A stretch of DNA of 64,000 nucleotides, taken from assembly GCA_032718475.1 (NCBI GenBank), contig JAUCBJ010006914.1, positions 1-64,000 on the forward strand. Direction: 5' to 3'. The stretch's first letter is position 1; each line of letters starts with the position of its first letter. Under the pieces are notes generated by a model, which was not told the origin of the DNA, did not search any database, and saw only the letters and a list, made by a program, of their open reading frames with translations. The stretch is from Nemertoderma westbladi. Its lineage: Eukaryota; Animalia; Xenacoelomorpha. Below are positions 34,607 through 49,200 of the stretch, piece after piece. A program made the position numbers and the translations under genes.

Positions 34607-36127
34607 TTAGTCTTTCTTACGCGAACAGCGTTTACGCAGTTTTTTGAGGCTAGCAAGAGTCCTTTTCTCTTTGGGGCGAGCCACTTTACTAGGAGGGCTA
34701 TAACTCCTGGGTGAAGGGTGCAATACAATTGCATCGGAAGGTTTAGGATGACGGTCGGTGTATCCGCCGGTCGAGGTACTTGGTTGATCGGTATCAACCA
34801 TCAGTGGAACGAGGTCGAACAACCTTCAGAGCACGTTTCAAGACAGCAGCTCTTACTGGTCCCTGACGATTCATCTGCACAAGAGCGATAGGTGGACCGG
34901 ACCTTGTGTAGTGAGAAATTTACTCGGTTTGATGGTTCTTTCCGACTCGCGTTCTCAGGCTCTGTCGAAATCAATATGCTTCTCCTCGTGCTGATTTTCC
35001 TCCGCTTGTCGTTGGAAGCATTCGTCTAAAACTCGTTTAGAGAGTAGGGTCGTCCAAGTTCGATATCTTCTTAGAGATTCTGGATTTCCCGATCGAACTG
35101 AGATAAAGCTAATTCGTTTACCGCTTGGACTTGCTGCTGCAATTTACGTTTCTCTAAACAATCGTAGGTTCCTTTTCCGATCTTTTGTCGAATAGTGTCT
35201 AACGCGTTGCGTACAACTCTCTCCTCCACCTCGGTGACAGGTTGTATCGGGGTTAAACCGGGACGATTATATGGGTTGAACGGCGATATTAAATGTCCGC
35301 GTCCCAATCCAGCTAGGTAGGATGGGCGAATATCTAGGGAGCCCACAACCGGAGTGCCACCGACTAATTGTTCGGGTAACACTAGATCTTTGAACAATGA
35401 GTACAGCTCAGGAGGATCCGTCATACTATTAGGATCAAGAGTCTGAGGTTTCACCAGGGAATGAGGAGATCTGACCGAGTATTCCGAACTCCAATCAGAG
35501 GTTTATTTAAGGATCGTTTGAGTCGAGCGAGCGTAGGTGATACGTCGAACAAGTTTCGCTCGAAACTCCTGTAAATATAGCGAGTAAAACTGTGTTTAGC
35601 GCAACGTCTCCGCGGATGTTTATGTCTTTCCGTGTGTTGGTTGGGTCTAGGGCATTCATCGTAATAATACCAAAGACGCACGTCTTGTAGGGGAAACGCG
35701 GATGATCTTTCTCCAGTTTTACAACGTCTCTCTCAAGAATTCCAAATATACGTTGAAGTCACTGCATTTATCCAGTTCTTTAACGTCTTCTTTAACGTAA
35801 ATTTAACGTAAACTTTAACGTTAATCAAATATAATTTTCGTGTTCGATTCTCAGTTTGTCGTTCCGACTCTGCTGGGTATGATCTTTAAATAGGATCATT
35901 TCCCTTTCGGTGTCTACATCGTCCATATCGTGTAAAATTAGCGGTGAATTTTCTATAGTCCAATTCACGCGTGAGTTGTTTCTTGGACATTGGCGGTTCG
36001 ATATAACGGCCATCGTCCTCCGTAGTAGAGGGACTAGCGTCACCGCGTATTAAACTATCAACAACGCTTGCAATGGTAGGGTATATTGCTCCCTGATACC
36101 AAGATCATCTTCTATCAACTCAGACAT
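34607..36127 (-). pseudogene. Family B accessory ORF3, B2 copy
   Basis: Minus-strand ATG at 36127 (MSELIEDDLGIRE). ORF-track pieces 35451-35681, 35071-35454 and 34607-34822 match the B1 ORF3 peptides. Ends LRKRCSRKKD*. Confidence 0.65.
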
Positions 36128-37852
36128 AGCTGCTATTTGAGTTTATCAATATTATAATTAATTATAATTAGGCTAGCGGGCGTCGCTGCCTACCCCTCAT
36201 GGCCCCCGGACAGCACAAGATCCTCAGCGCTGATGTACTGTCGCCGCTGTGTCTATCGCCAACGTAGTAGCTGCACAACGACAACAACAACCAGCGCGAG
36301 TCACTCCACTGTCCGTCCCAAGGGCTTAGATTTACTTCAGGTTCTTACTGCAGGGTTAGGGCTACTTTCACAACTGCGACTCGCTACTGTAAACACACTT
36401 TAGTAGTAACATTCACCTATAAACGCACAAACTCCACACAACTGTCACAAAGTGTACACATTCGGGCCATTTGTCCGTTAGTCAAGTGCCTTCCAGAATG
36501 CCACGTTATTATTATGTATCCTTGGATACTAGCAGTGCACTATTTATTCCGTATGCTATTCAATGGGGCAAGCTTTCTATTGTTCTTTTAACTTGCTTCT
36601 AATTCTAGCGTGGTTTTTGCTATGGTGACATTATGGAAATCTAGCAGTAGAATTAGGGTAATTCTCATGCATACAGATCTGGGATGCTATTTAATAGTAA
36701 TTCTTTAATTGTCAATATTCCCCTTTATACATGATTTTATGAATTTTATCGGCTATTGACTATATATTGGAGATTCTCGCACACTAACATACTTAATAGG
36801 GTGAATCTCCGCTCCCATGATCTATTAATTAATGGAATTTTGGGAATGTTATAAATTGTATAAAATAACAATTTATCAAATTCATGAAAGGATATGAATT
36901 TAAATTTATTCCCGTAAATTTTATTATTTAATATTAAAATAGGCACAATTTTATTCCAGAGCATGTCTGGGGACTGGGATCCTTGATTTTAGGAAATTTG
37001 TCCTTAAGAGTATCGGTAAGTGCTACGATATCTTAATCGACTAGAATTTTTAAAGGATCTAAATTTTAACAGATCTTGATTTATAGATTTTCTCGGTTTA
37101 CAAACTCCTTAGAGTTTATTTGCGTGCATTTACTCTATTATAACATTTGTTTTAATAGATTTTATAAATATTAACTATGTAATATTTAAGATGGGCACCG
37201 ATTTATTCCAGAACATGTCTGGGGACATTAACCACTGATTCTAGAATTTTGTCTTTCAAGTATATCGGTGGGTGCCGCGATATCTTAATCGACTAGAATT
37301 ACAGATGGTCAAAGGGTTTAACAGATTTATTTGCATTGTACGCTACTGTTAAAGGGACATCACGCTACTATATGTATTATTTAATATACGGTATGAGAGC
37401 AATATTGCAATAAGCAATGTCAGTGAGAAGAGGCAAGTCGTTTCCAAGGTCTACCCAGAGCTTGGTTTAGCCGAGACACGAGGATCTGAACTTTGCATTC
37501 CTAATACTCTACTTACCAATAATACTTGAGTATAGTAGGAGCTTTATTGTACTTTAATAAGTACGGACATTTCATCTTACTGTAGTCACGTATTTATAAT
37601 ATGATACGGACAGTAAGGAAAGAGAAAAAGAATTATTTCTCGCCGCTGCACTAAATATATAATATAAGTAATTAAGTAATAAACACGAGTATATATTGCA
37701 CTAATCTACTAAATAATCGCTAAAATAACATTCTACTAAATAAAATTAAAGAAAACGATTATTATAAAATTACATAATAATACATACCTAAATATAAAAA
37801 TATTAAAAAACGAATATAAAATAATATGGTCATACACCCACTCCAGACGCTG

Positions 37853-40800
37853 TTACGTTGGGGAGTCCCTAGATGTTTGTTGGATTAGGGAGGTGGTCGT
37901 GGGAAGAGTATCTTGCCTTCCATAGTTTCCGGACAGTTCTCTGTCTCTTTCCAGTAAACATAAACGACCAACTGGGCGATTGAGCTGCTGTGTTTCGAAC
38001 ACAATTCCAGGTTTCTTAAAGTTACGTTGCATGACGACGAGTTCTACCGATCGCACCAAACCATCATCTGAGATATGAGTCTCGATGATACGACCTGTCT
38101 GCCACCACTTACGTGGAAGATCTGATTCCACAATAAGGACCATGTCTCCGGCGCTGATGTTTTCTTGCTGCGCAAACCACTTGGTTCGAAGTTGTAGCGT
38201 AGGCAGATAATATTTTTCGAAATGGTCAGCGAAACGACGGGATAATAACTGCATAAGTTGCCAAGTTTGTTGGCAGTATTCGTCTATGTCCGTGATTTCC
38301 GATCGTGGGAGCATGGCTACAGGTTTCTTCAGTAGGAAGTGCGCAGGTGTTAGCGCTTCCAGGGAGTCGGTACTCGATGAGACTGGCATAAGCGTTCTTT
38401 CGTTAAGATAGGCGGTGATTTCTTCCATTAATGTCCGCAAAAGTTCGTCGGTGAGATACGCGCGGCATGGCACTATAAAGTGAAATGTGGTCTTCACGCT
38501 TCTTATTAATCTCTCGCAACTTCCTCCCCACCAAGGGGCGTTGGCGGCATTGAATGTCCAGCTAGATGATGTTACCCTTAGCTGATCGTCCACCTGTCTT
38601 TGGTTCCAATCTCTAACGTAAGCCTTGATCTCATTATTGGCGCCAATGAAGTTCGTCCCCTTATCAGATCTCATCGTGTTGCTAGTTCCAAAGCGAGCGA
38701 TCTGTTGGCGTAGACTCAGTATGAAGCTGTTGGTAGATAGATCGTTCACCATATCTAAATGGATCGCTCTACAAGTCATACAGACAAAGATGACACACCA
38801 TCGCTTGACTATATTCCTGGCACGATATACTTCAATAGGGCCAAATAAATCCACACCAGTATTAGTAAAGGGTGGTTCATAGAAGCTTACTCGTTCCCTA
38901 GGTAATTCTGCCTCTCGCTGTGTTAAAGGCCTACTGAATGCTTTCCTACAGGGTATACAGTTCCTAAGAACTTGGTTCAGAGCTCTACGGGGTTTATGAA
39001 AATAATAGCGAGTTCGAATTTCGCTAAGAACTCGTTCTCTACCAGCATGGTAAAGCTTACTGTGAACATCTACAATCATCTTGATTTGTATTTCAAGATT
39101 TCTAATGAGTATGGGAAACTTAGTGTCAAAGGATAATGGAGCATTAGTTAGTCTCCCTCCAACACGTATTAACCCATCTATCATTGTGCTAGAGAAACGA
39201 TCCCTTAAGCGCATCTATGGATTTCTCAACAACAGGAAATACTTATCGGAATCTTCATAGCATTGCAGGAGTCTCAGTATCTGCTTATTGGTTTCTTCAT
39301 GCTCCTGGTAACTGATCTTCTCCGTCAGAAACCTATCTGAGATTTTATATTTGGGAAGATCTTTAATAGCATGGACCTGCACAGATGTCAGTGGAGCGGT
39401 ATCACTAGCGATCTTCGTCCTGGAGTAGTGATGATGAAAGCATCGCTTTAAATATACGATGGCCTTACAAAGCCGATTCCAGGAGCTATAGTGATGTATC
39501 GCTCTCTGTATGAGAGGTGAGAGTCCCTGTGAAACGTCTGGTGTTCCAGATTTCCAGTCTCTCTCTCTGATTTCCACAACAGACTTATTTGTGGCGGGGG
39601 AGTTTAGATCCACAGCAACGTCTCCGGAAATATGTAGTACAGACAGATCTATCACGGGTTTAAATAACTTCGATTTACTCGTCCGGGTTTTAGGTTTGAC
39701 TTTCTCCGCTCCCTTGGCTTGTCTAATCTCAGCCGTGGTGAGATGAGGAGGCCATTCATCCTCTTCTTTACTTAGGAAGTCGGGTCCACCTAACCAGTCT
39801 GGAGTGTCTGCCAGTTCTTGAGGAGTTGCTCCTCTGGAGGCGATGTCGGCTGGATTAATCGTCCCAGGGCAATGTCTCCATTGATCTACACTAGTGCGAC
39901 TAAGTATAACGACTACTCTGTTGGTAACGAAGACGCTGAACTGACAGACTTCATTGGTTATATACTCCATAACGAGTAAAGCATCAGTCCAATAGACAGT
40001 TTTCTCCAGTGGATAGTCGATCTGTTCTGTGACATTCCGGCCGATGGCTGTAGCGTATAGAGCTGCCTTTAACTCCGCTCGAGGAACTCGTAGCTTGTAG
40101 TTTATCAAGGCCTTAGAGGTAACCAAGGCAACTTTAATTCCATCCGGAGTTTCAACCCTCAGGTAGGCTACTATACCTATTCCCATATCGCTGGCGTCTC
40201 CAAACACATGGAGTTGATAGGAATATGTGGGGAGAACATGACCAAAATATGAACGGGAAATCGTAAAGTTCCCGATGGATGGTAGAGAATCTTCCCATTT
40301 CATCCACTTCTTTAGTAGTTCTCCCTTAAGTGGATCGTCCCACGAGTGGTTTTCAAGCCACATTTGTTGAACTAAACTCCGAGCAACCAATATAACTGGG
40401 CGAATAAATCCCAATGGATCGAAATAAGTGCTCGGATACTTAGACAAATCCGTTTAGTTCGAATTGGATTATCTCGCTGTTTTAGCTGGAAAAACAGGAT
40501 ATCTCTCTCCGTGTCCCATTTCAAACCAAGCGTCTTGGTTTCTGGAAGATCGTCCTTGATAAGGTCTAGATCTTTAACTCCTCGGTCTTCTACCGGGATC
40601 GATTCCAGAAATTCACGGGAGTTACTGGTGAATTTAGTTAATCGAAATCCACCTCTTTTCAAGCACTCTACCGTTCCCTTGGCGACATCAATGGCTTCTT
40701 CCACCGATGGGAGGGACTTTAAATTGTCGTCCATGTATATATCCCGTTTGATGTTACCGATAACCACTTTAGAGAAGGCGTCCCGGTTGTCATCAGCAGT

Positions 40801-43800
40801 GGTGCGCACTACTGAGCAGGCGTTTGAGGGGCTCGAGATGATCCCAAAAGCCTGGATGGTCATCCAGTACTCCACCGGTTTCTGGTTGAGGTCTCCTTCA
40901 GGCCACCACAGAAATCGTAGGCTGTCTCGATCCCTATTCAGCGCCTTAACTTGTAAGAACATGCCTTCTATATCCGAGGCGAAAGCAATCGAATATTGTC
41001 GTAATCTTAAGAGTATTCCCAACAAGGATTGGAGTAAGTTGGGTCCCGGCAACAACTCGGAGTTAAGGGATTGGCCCATGTAGAGGGCGAAGCCGTCAAA
41101 TACTACCCGGACTTCGTTGGGTTTACCGGGTTTGGGAACGTAATGATGTGTTAAATAGTACGTTCTCTCAGTTATGGGTGTTTCTTCCTGTACTCGCTCC
41201 GCATATCCCTTGTCAATGAATTTCTTCAGCTGGGTCTTGTACATCTCCTTAGCTGAAGCATTTGCCGTAAGGCGTCGATGTAGTTGCGCGATTCTCTTCT
41301 CTGCCAAGGGTCGGTTATTTATAAAATTGGGTTCTCGCCGTCGGAAAGGCAGACCAATCTCATACCTACCTTGATCTTTAAGAAAACGTGTAGTCGTTTC
41401 CTGTATCTGCTTGGCTCTTTCCTCTTCTACCGATAGGGCCTTATCATAGGAATTAGGCTCTACAGCTTCTTGAGTAAAGAATCGTATGGCGTGTTCATCG
41501 CGAGTCTTCGCGTTGTAATGATCTATCACTTCATTCAGTTCGTCGTTGTAATCGACTTGTCCACCTGGATGGATGAGGTGACACAGGTTCACTTGGTTTT
41601 GCCAAGTTTCATTTTCCGTAAGGAGGTCGATGGTATTCTCCTTGTTGAATAGTTGATGAATATCGTCATTATCTGAGGAGTATGGTGTTCCCTCAGGTGT
41701 GTCGTCTCCCTCACTGATTTCCTCTTCCCATTCACTCACCTGGTGGACTTGATCTTTAGGTAGCCTTTCCATGAGTGTCCTACGGGAAGGTCCAGTAAAG
41801 TACCAACCTACTCTAGTTCTTCCTGCATAGGTTTGCAGTGATTGCGGTTGAGCAGGCCTTTTCTCTAATGTCTCAAGCGCCTCATGCGCATTTTGGCCGA
41901 TGAATATTTGTAACCCTGGGTAGTCGGTGTTGAATCTAGGTATCTCATGCTGCTGGGTGAAGTCGTCTTCATCCCAGTTATAAGGTTCCTCTTGGCTGGT
42001 AGCGAAGTTCTTTATCGCCACCATATTTACTGACCTTATACTGTGTTCTCCTAGTTCATCCTGGGGGGTGGATAACGCGCCTACATAGTAGTCTGTAGCT
42101 ACTGTAGATTTCCAAACCTGCATAATTCCTGAAAGGTTCAACTTAGTTCGGAACTTGGGTTGTCCAGCAAAGATGTCTTCGGCTAGTTCTTTGTCGATGA
42201 ATGTTCCTGTGCTGCCGGAGTCAAGGAGGGCGTTCACTATATAGCTCTCTTTTAACCCGTGGACTCTCAACTGCACTACGGGAAATTCTCGGATTCCTAC
42301 GTTGGAAGTTGGCGCTTTCCAAGATGGTTGTCGGTCAGGAATAGTTAGGGGGAGCTCACTATCGGTTTCAGTCTCATATGTAAGTGCTCGATACACTGCG
42401 GTGTTTATCATATAGCAGGATTCGTTTTCGTCGGAGAATTCGTCCGTGTAAAATCCTTCCATCTCAGAACTGTGGTCAGTGTCGTTCACATCACTGAATT
42501 GGACATGTAGTTCAGACTCACTTACCTGACTCGGGCTGTTTCTTTCGAATTCGGTGTGCAACAAGATATGATGTTTCGCGCCGCACTTAGCACAACTTGC
42601 GTCGGAGTAACAGGTTCGCCGTTGGTGTCCTTGTCTGAGACAATTATAACACAACCGCTTATCCCACATGACTTCGCGTCTATCTTTTAGGGATTTCTTT
42701 AAGAATTCATCACACACACTTAAACGATGGGGCCCATCGCACAATGCACATTTTGGTTTGATGTTACTTACTTTACCTTGGGTAGTGTTGGGTACACACG
42801 TTCTTTCCTCGGGCTTTCTTCCATGAACTCTCTTAGGAGACGTAGGAGGAGTTTTTGTTACCTGTTCTCTCCTGTCACTGGTTCGAGACTTAAAATTACT
42901 TACGTCTTTATGTGCTTTGTTGACATAGTAAGATCTTTCGGTGTCTTTCCCGCTGTTCTCCTCTTGAGAGGTTTGGCTTTCGCAGTCATCTGTATAACAC
43001 ACTGGGGTGACCTTTCTCCTAGAAACAGGTTTTTCAGTTACCTTATTTTCTGGTGTCTTCTCTCGGGACTGCTTTAGGAGCTGTAATCTTACCTCTCCAT
43101 TTAAGAATGACATGAGATCAGCCATGGTAGGGTCTCTTTGTTGCTGGTCCATCATATAGAGCACTTTCTTGTCCCACCGAGTACCTACTCCACCCTTTGG
43201 CAAAGTAGAGGCTACGGCTCCAATAACCATGGAACTCTGATATTCATGAGACTTACCTAACCAATCTAGTTGTCTACAGATCTCCCGAATCTCATCGGAA
43301 AACTCTATAATCCCGCTGCTAAGGAACTTTCGGGGCGCTACTAATTTCGCATACAAATACCTAGCTATGTTTGTCCTATTACCATACCTGATGTTTAGTG
43401 TATCCCAAACTTGTCTTAATCCATCTGGATGTCCAATAAACTTTAACGCCATTAACTTGGGAGGTCCTTCCAAACACTCGATGAGGAATCTAAGTTTCTC
43501 TCCGTTAGATAGTACAGAGTTCTGTATGTTATCTTTGTAATATTCATTAAAAGCTAACCATTTCATCTCATCTCCATTGAATTTGACGATCTCTCCCACT
43601 TTTACCGCTTCACGGGCTTCGGTTCTAGCCATTTGACGCGTAAAACTTTCTTGGGCCATCGTGTTATTTAATATCGAGTTATCGGTATATAAATTTCTCG
43701 GATTATGATCAGGTCTAAATTGAATATCATTGTCAACAGGTTTATAATTACCCTTAATAGTGTTTACTATAGGAGTTTCTACTTCACTAGCAGTATAGAT

Positions 43801-46058
43801 GCGTGTAGGCTCCACACCTTGCGCATGAAATACTTCAGACCTAACAGGTTGACACATTGTTACATGGGGTGGTGGTATACTCCTTTGTATATTTACTAAT
43901 TTATCGCGTTCTAACGCGATACTCTGCTGCACTTCTTGCAACTCTAACCTACTTTCCCTTACTGTTCCCTTGAACTGTTGAACAGTCTCCTGCATCTGCC
44001 CGAGCAGGAGATCCATCCCCCGCCGTCCCTCATCCACCCACTCGACCGCCGAAGCGGGAGCCGCCAACATAGTAGCGGGTAGACGAGGGACGACGGGTGA
44101 TAAATCGTTGATGTCTCGCTCGGCGTCCAGGACAGGAATTCTCTCAGGGGCTGTTCTACTGGGCACAGGTAGTTTAGTGCTGTGCAAAGGGAATTTAGAG
44201 TTGGGTTCTGGAAGTACAGGTGTCTCTATCACCAAAGGGGTGGCTTCGAGAACAGGCCTAATTATTTCAGGCTCATCTACTATAGTAGGGAGTCTTTCTA
44301 CTCTAATAATTTGGTCTGTGGGTTCTGTACTACCTAAGTCTGCGCTAGCTAGTTGCCTTCTCACAGCTGGGGGCAAATTAGGCAATTTCTGATGATGAGG
44401 CGTTCTTCTACGTCTGCTGGAACGAGATCTATTTCCTCCGCCTTCAGGATCTGTTGTATCGCCTTCATCAGATGATGCAAATCCCTGTCTCTTGGGAGTA
44501 GATCGACTTATCATCTGCATATACTTAGCTGTTCTTTGTTTATTGAAGTAATCTTGCTTCTCTTGAAGATTTTCCAACTCTAGTTTGACTGTCTCTTCAG
44601 ATGCCCTCCGTTCTGCTGCTGCCACTGCCTCTGCCGCCTTTCTTTCCGCTTCTGCCGCTGCTACCTTTCTTTCCGCTTCTGCCTCTGCCGCCGCCATTGC
44701 CGCTGCCGCTTTTCTTTCCGCTTCTGCCGCTGCCGCTTTTCTTTCCGCTTCTGCCGCTGCCGCTTTTCTTTCAACTTCTGCCGCTGCAGCTGCCGCTTTT
44801 CTTTCAGCCTCTGCCACTGCCGCTGCAGCTGCCGCTTTTCTTTCAACTTCTGCCGCTGCCGCTGCCGCTGCTGCTGCCTTTCTGTCTTCTATCCATTTTT
44901 TCTTTAATAATTGTTGTTCCTGTTCCCTGGCGATGAGGATGCTTTCATCAAATTTAGCATGCTCTACGGCTAACATTTCCGCATCTAATGCGTCTAACAC
45001 AAATTTGGCTCCCTCACTAGTAGGATGAAGTCCAGACAGTCGTCTCCTTAGCTCTTCGTCTCCTATAAATCGTTGATAGTCCGACAGATAGATGTCAATA
45101 GCGTCCTTCTTCTGAGGTTTCTCCAATGTCGCTTCGCTTTCCACTTGAGAAAAGGTAGCGTCTGTTGATTCTCCATGGGTTGAGCGTTCAGCCAGCTGAA
45201 TTTTCCATTGGGTTGTTCCTTGGACTTTAAGACTTACCCGTTGGAACCAAGTCTTTACGGCAACTTGCAACGACGTGTCTTGGCTTCTCTTCGAGGCTTC
45301 CTCAAAGGCCGAAAGGATCAGTCTGATTCTTAGGATTCTTTCTCGAACTTGGTAAAGCAGCTCTCCCTGCTCTTGAGGTCCTTGGGGTTGTTGAAACAGT
45401 TGTTCCTCTAATCTCTCCAAAGAGCTGAAGAATCCCTGTACATATCCTGCTGCCGACCTCTTCCACACAGCTGGATCTCTTGTGTATTTTGTCACTCCCA
45501 TCCTGTATAGGTCCTCCCAGGCAGCTTCCGATAAGTTAAACGGGAGTCCGGGTCCGGGGAAGTTCCATTGCGTCACGACAATAGACTTCAGTTCCTCCCT
45601 TGTGTATCCCGCATAACTGTCCTTGGTTGATCGCTTACTTCTCGCCCAATCGATTTGATGTTCTTCTACCGCAATCAATACCCTAGTGAGTACGGCTTCA
45701 GGAAGAATGAGAAGTGGATCCGAATAAACTGCTTCTGCCATCTTGGCTCTGCGTTCGGATGTCAACTCTACCATATCTGAACTACTGGAGCTATCGGGCC
45801 GCTGAGAAATAAGTTCTCGGTTCGAGTGTTGCTGCTGTTTAACAGCTGCCTCTTGGTCCCGCTTGACTTGAGCCCGAGTGCCTATGATAGACCTACGGTA
45901 CTTTACTAGCCTAGGGTCGGATACTACTACTGGAGGGATGACCTTCTTACAGTAGGAGGGGACTTGAACTTCGGTCTCAAACGTTCCGCACTCCTATCTG
46001 GATCGCAGACTGTTGTTTCTAGGAGACTATCTGACAGATTTTGCTTTGTGTCAGCCAT
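37853..46058 (-). pseudogene. B2 gag-pol polyprotein (near-intact): gag, three knuckles, protease, RT, RNase H (peptidase A17-like), integrase
   Basis: The 1800-aa ORF 40372-45774 has LLDSGS and YMDD. 39215-40447 has LHVFGDAS, YWTDA and NPADIASRG. 37853-39214 has the HHCC finger, GVDLFGP, SDKGTNF and CERLIRS. Lesions: N-terminal frameshift, frameshift near 40440, TAG at 39215-39217. Start inferred from B1/B3 (ATG at 46058). Confidence 0.93.
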
Positions 46059-47953
46059 GTTTGTTTGTACAGTTGAATGCCCACTACTACAACTACAGTT
46101 AAAGCAAGTCTAGTAATCCAGCACTAACTATAAGCCTAGTAATTAATTACCGATACCGTTACTCAGTGTAATGTGATATATACAATATATTAGAATACCG
46201 GTATACACTTATAGTATATAATATAAGTATTATTACAGACTAGAATTAGTCACAGAATACCGGTATATAATTTCAGCATAAATATTAAAATATATAATAA
46301 GCCTATCGTGAATACCGGTATACAGCATACACCTATAGTATATATAAGTATAATTATAGACTAGAATTAATTACAGAATACCGGTATATAATTTCAGCTT
46401 AAATTTATAGAAATAAATATAATAAGCCTATCGTAAATACCGGTATGTCAATTATTTTATAATAACTGAATTTATGAATTTTAGGGTTACTTTACGTTAC
46501 TTTATTACCGTTATTTAAGCAGTAGTCCAACTAATATTAAGACCTAATTGATGGATGACAGGCCTACTATTTTATAAATCGGTTTGAGTTGATTTATAAT
46601 ATATATATACCCGTTTAATGGGTTTTTGTTACAATATTTGAAATAAATGTTATTATTTCTAGGTAAGGAGTCACTTCACAGAAGCTGAACGCTCTCAGTG
46701 GAGTGCTACTTATTGGACACTAAAACAAATAATTCTAATTTACTAAGTTACTTATTACTACAAATTACGTACAATTACTGTGTGAGATTACAATCTCTAA
46801 ATAAAAACAAAAGTTACACGTACAAATTTTAGGGGTAATTTTACAAGAAATCTACAAACCAGCCTAACAAGGAGTTAGAATTTCTGGTTCTTACAAACAA
46901 ACGGACAGGATACTACGGTATTTGAAAATAATAAAGCAGTAGTAAAGATATTGCGTTGTCTAGATAAGAAAATACCACCGTCTGATGACTTATAGTCTCT
47001 AGCTTTACAGCTCTATAAGTACTACGTTATGTACCCGGAGTGTCCCTACCTAGAAGTTAATTACCGCAGCCAACCAGAGAGCTAACGTGCCTATTAACCA
47101 CTTTACAACACAAATATACTGCCTACACACTAATTACTTTCGGAAAGCACTGTACACTAAACCCTAAATTAGGTACAAGTACTTATACAACAAATTACCA
47201 GCAGTTAAAAATACTTGTACAGCTAAAAGAACCACGGTATCTGCTGGAGTGACTAGAGCATAAAATCACCAGTCTTTACCTACGCCAAACATCCCTGATG
47301 TAGTACCGGGCTTAATTTAACTATAACGGTATGTATAACAAGCACAATTACTGTAGGAATAAACTTAGGGTTGTGTATGTTGCGAATAATCGCATAAACT
47401 CTGAATAATAAATATTACGCTACCCGTACAGACTACACAAACAAAATACAAACCAAATGCTGACAGACTACTATCAAGCCTAAATAAACTACAGTATATG
47501 CAGACTCCGAAATGGTTAGTTAGTATACGTTCTAACCGAGTAGTACGACTTATTCTTTCGGAGGGGATTTACCTTACAACACTGGATGCCCCCACCTTCC
47601 TAACTAGTATTTTATCGGACATACACTCTACACACACTGCAATCTCTTCGGACCTGACAACAGCCAGACAACAATCCAGCCTACAAATTATTTGTACAAT
47701 CTGAGCAGGCTTACACGCCTTCTGCTCAATATTAACTTACAGATAAATAAAACTGACAGAAATAAGTAAAATCCCAATAAAAAACCAGGCGTCCCTGATT
47801 AAATATTAAGACCTACTGGTATATAATTATCAAAATCGAATAATACTGCTGTACCTGTAAGTACCGGTTCGGGCAGTTGGGCAGTTAGGCCTACAGCTTA
47901 CCGGTCGACCGGTACGTTTGACTTTATTGCCTACGGTGCAATAAAGAATCTGA

Positions 47954-47964
47954 AAATCTATTAT
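47954..47964 (-). promoter_or_regulatory. B2 non-tRNA PBS ATAATAGATTT, complementary to LTR site 48767-48777
   Basis: Plus-strand 47954-47964 AAATCTATTAT is the exact reverse complement of plus-strand 48767-48777 ATAATAGATTT. Confidence 0.75.
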
Positions 47965-49200
47965 TGTTCGCGCTTTCAGACCTTTAGCAGTTTAACCTGC
48001 CAATTTTAGGTGTCCTCTTGTTTATAAATCGACTTTAGCTTATAACAATTATTTAATGCACATGAAGTAACATTAGCCGAAGCCAGTCTATGCGCGATCA
48101 TTCACCCACAGTTAAGGGAGACTGGATTCGGATGCTTTGACCTTATTGCGTTTCAGACCTACTGTATTATTCGATTGATTGTTACTATATAATCTCTGAC
48201 AATATTATTCACTTTCAGGGAAATATTAACAGTTCCTTTAGGACGTGGCGCTTTAAGTATAAAACAGAGTTATGACTTATACTAAACACAACGAGATGGC
48301 TAATGATTTTCGTAAATAGCGCATTCTTTAGGAGATGCTTTATTATCTGTCACACTGCTGCATACGATTTCGCACTGCTGCACATTGATCTGCAGACCGT
48401 CGCTGAATTTGATCATATATAAGGAGGATAGCAACTGACACATGTAGGGATTATGAAATAGCATTTAATGCACACTAAACCACTGTAATGTAAGTCGCAA
48501 TTGCTACCGGTAACCGGTCCCTCTAACCTTTAGTAATCAAGAAGATTGGGGTTTTATGATTATTTATCGATATTCTCCAAATATAACAACATATCCATCA
48601 ACATATAACCATTAATAACAGACAGAAAACAGAAGTACAATAATGCGGTGATATTCAGCCAGTATCGGTAATACCGGTACCGCAGGTGCCAAGTGACCAG
48701 TTGTTATGGTTAGTTGCACAGTTGCACAGTGCAGCAGGGCCAGTAATGCATCCAGTCAGTCCAGAGATAATAGATTTACGTTCTTGTAATCAAAGCGGTC
48801 TAATGTTGGCCAAAGTCTGAAACTTCTAACACAGAAGTACAGAATAATTTCTAAGCAGTTGTTCTCGCTCAGAAAGGTAAAACCAAGACCGTCATGCATT
48901 GCGCGGTTTTCTGTAGGCCTCTGTGCAAAATAAAATGAAAATCGCTCTGATTGGTCGAGCGAGCCGAACAAAGAAAGTTAAGAAAGCTCCACATCGACAT
49001 CAAATCAGCTGACAGATGTCGTCATCTGAACTACACTCTATTTAGAGTATTTGGTGTATTGCGGCATAAAATGGCTTGTTATGTCCGCTAAAACACCTAC
49101 AGGGTACATTGCGGAGAAAATGGCTTGTTATGTCCGCTAAAACAACTAAACATTTTTTTGCGGAGAAAAATGACTGGTTATATCCGCAAAAGCTTTTACA
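47965..49200 (-). repeat. B2 5' LTR
   Basis: Minus strand TGTAAAAGC...GCGCGAACA, with only scattered differences from the 3' LTR. Confidence 0.93.

Larger units (their letters stand above)
33293..49200 (-). mobile_element. BEL/Pao LTR retrotransposon, family B copy B2, full length (15.9 kb)
   Basis: Two 1236-bp LTRs with TG...CA ends. TSD GTCTC at 33288-33292 and 49201-49205. Complete gag-PR-RT-RH-IN order. Confidence 0.95.
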
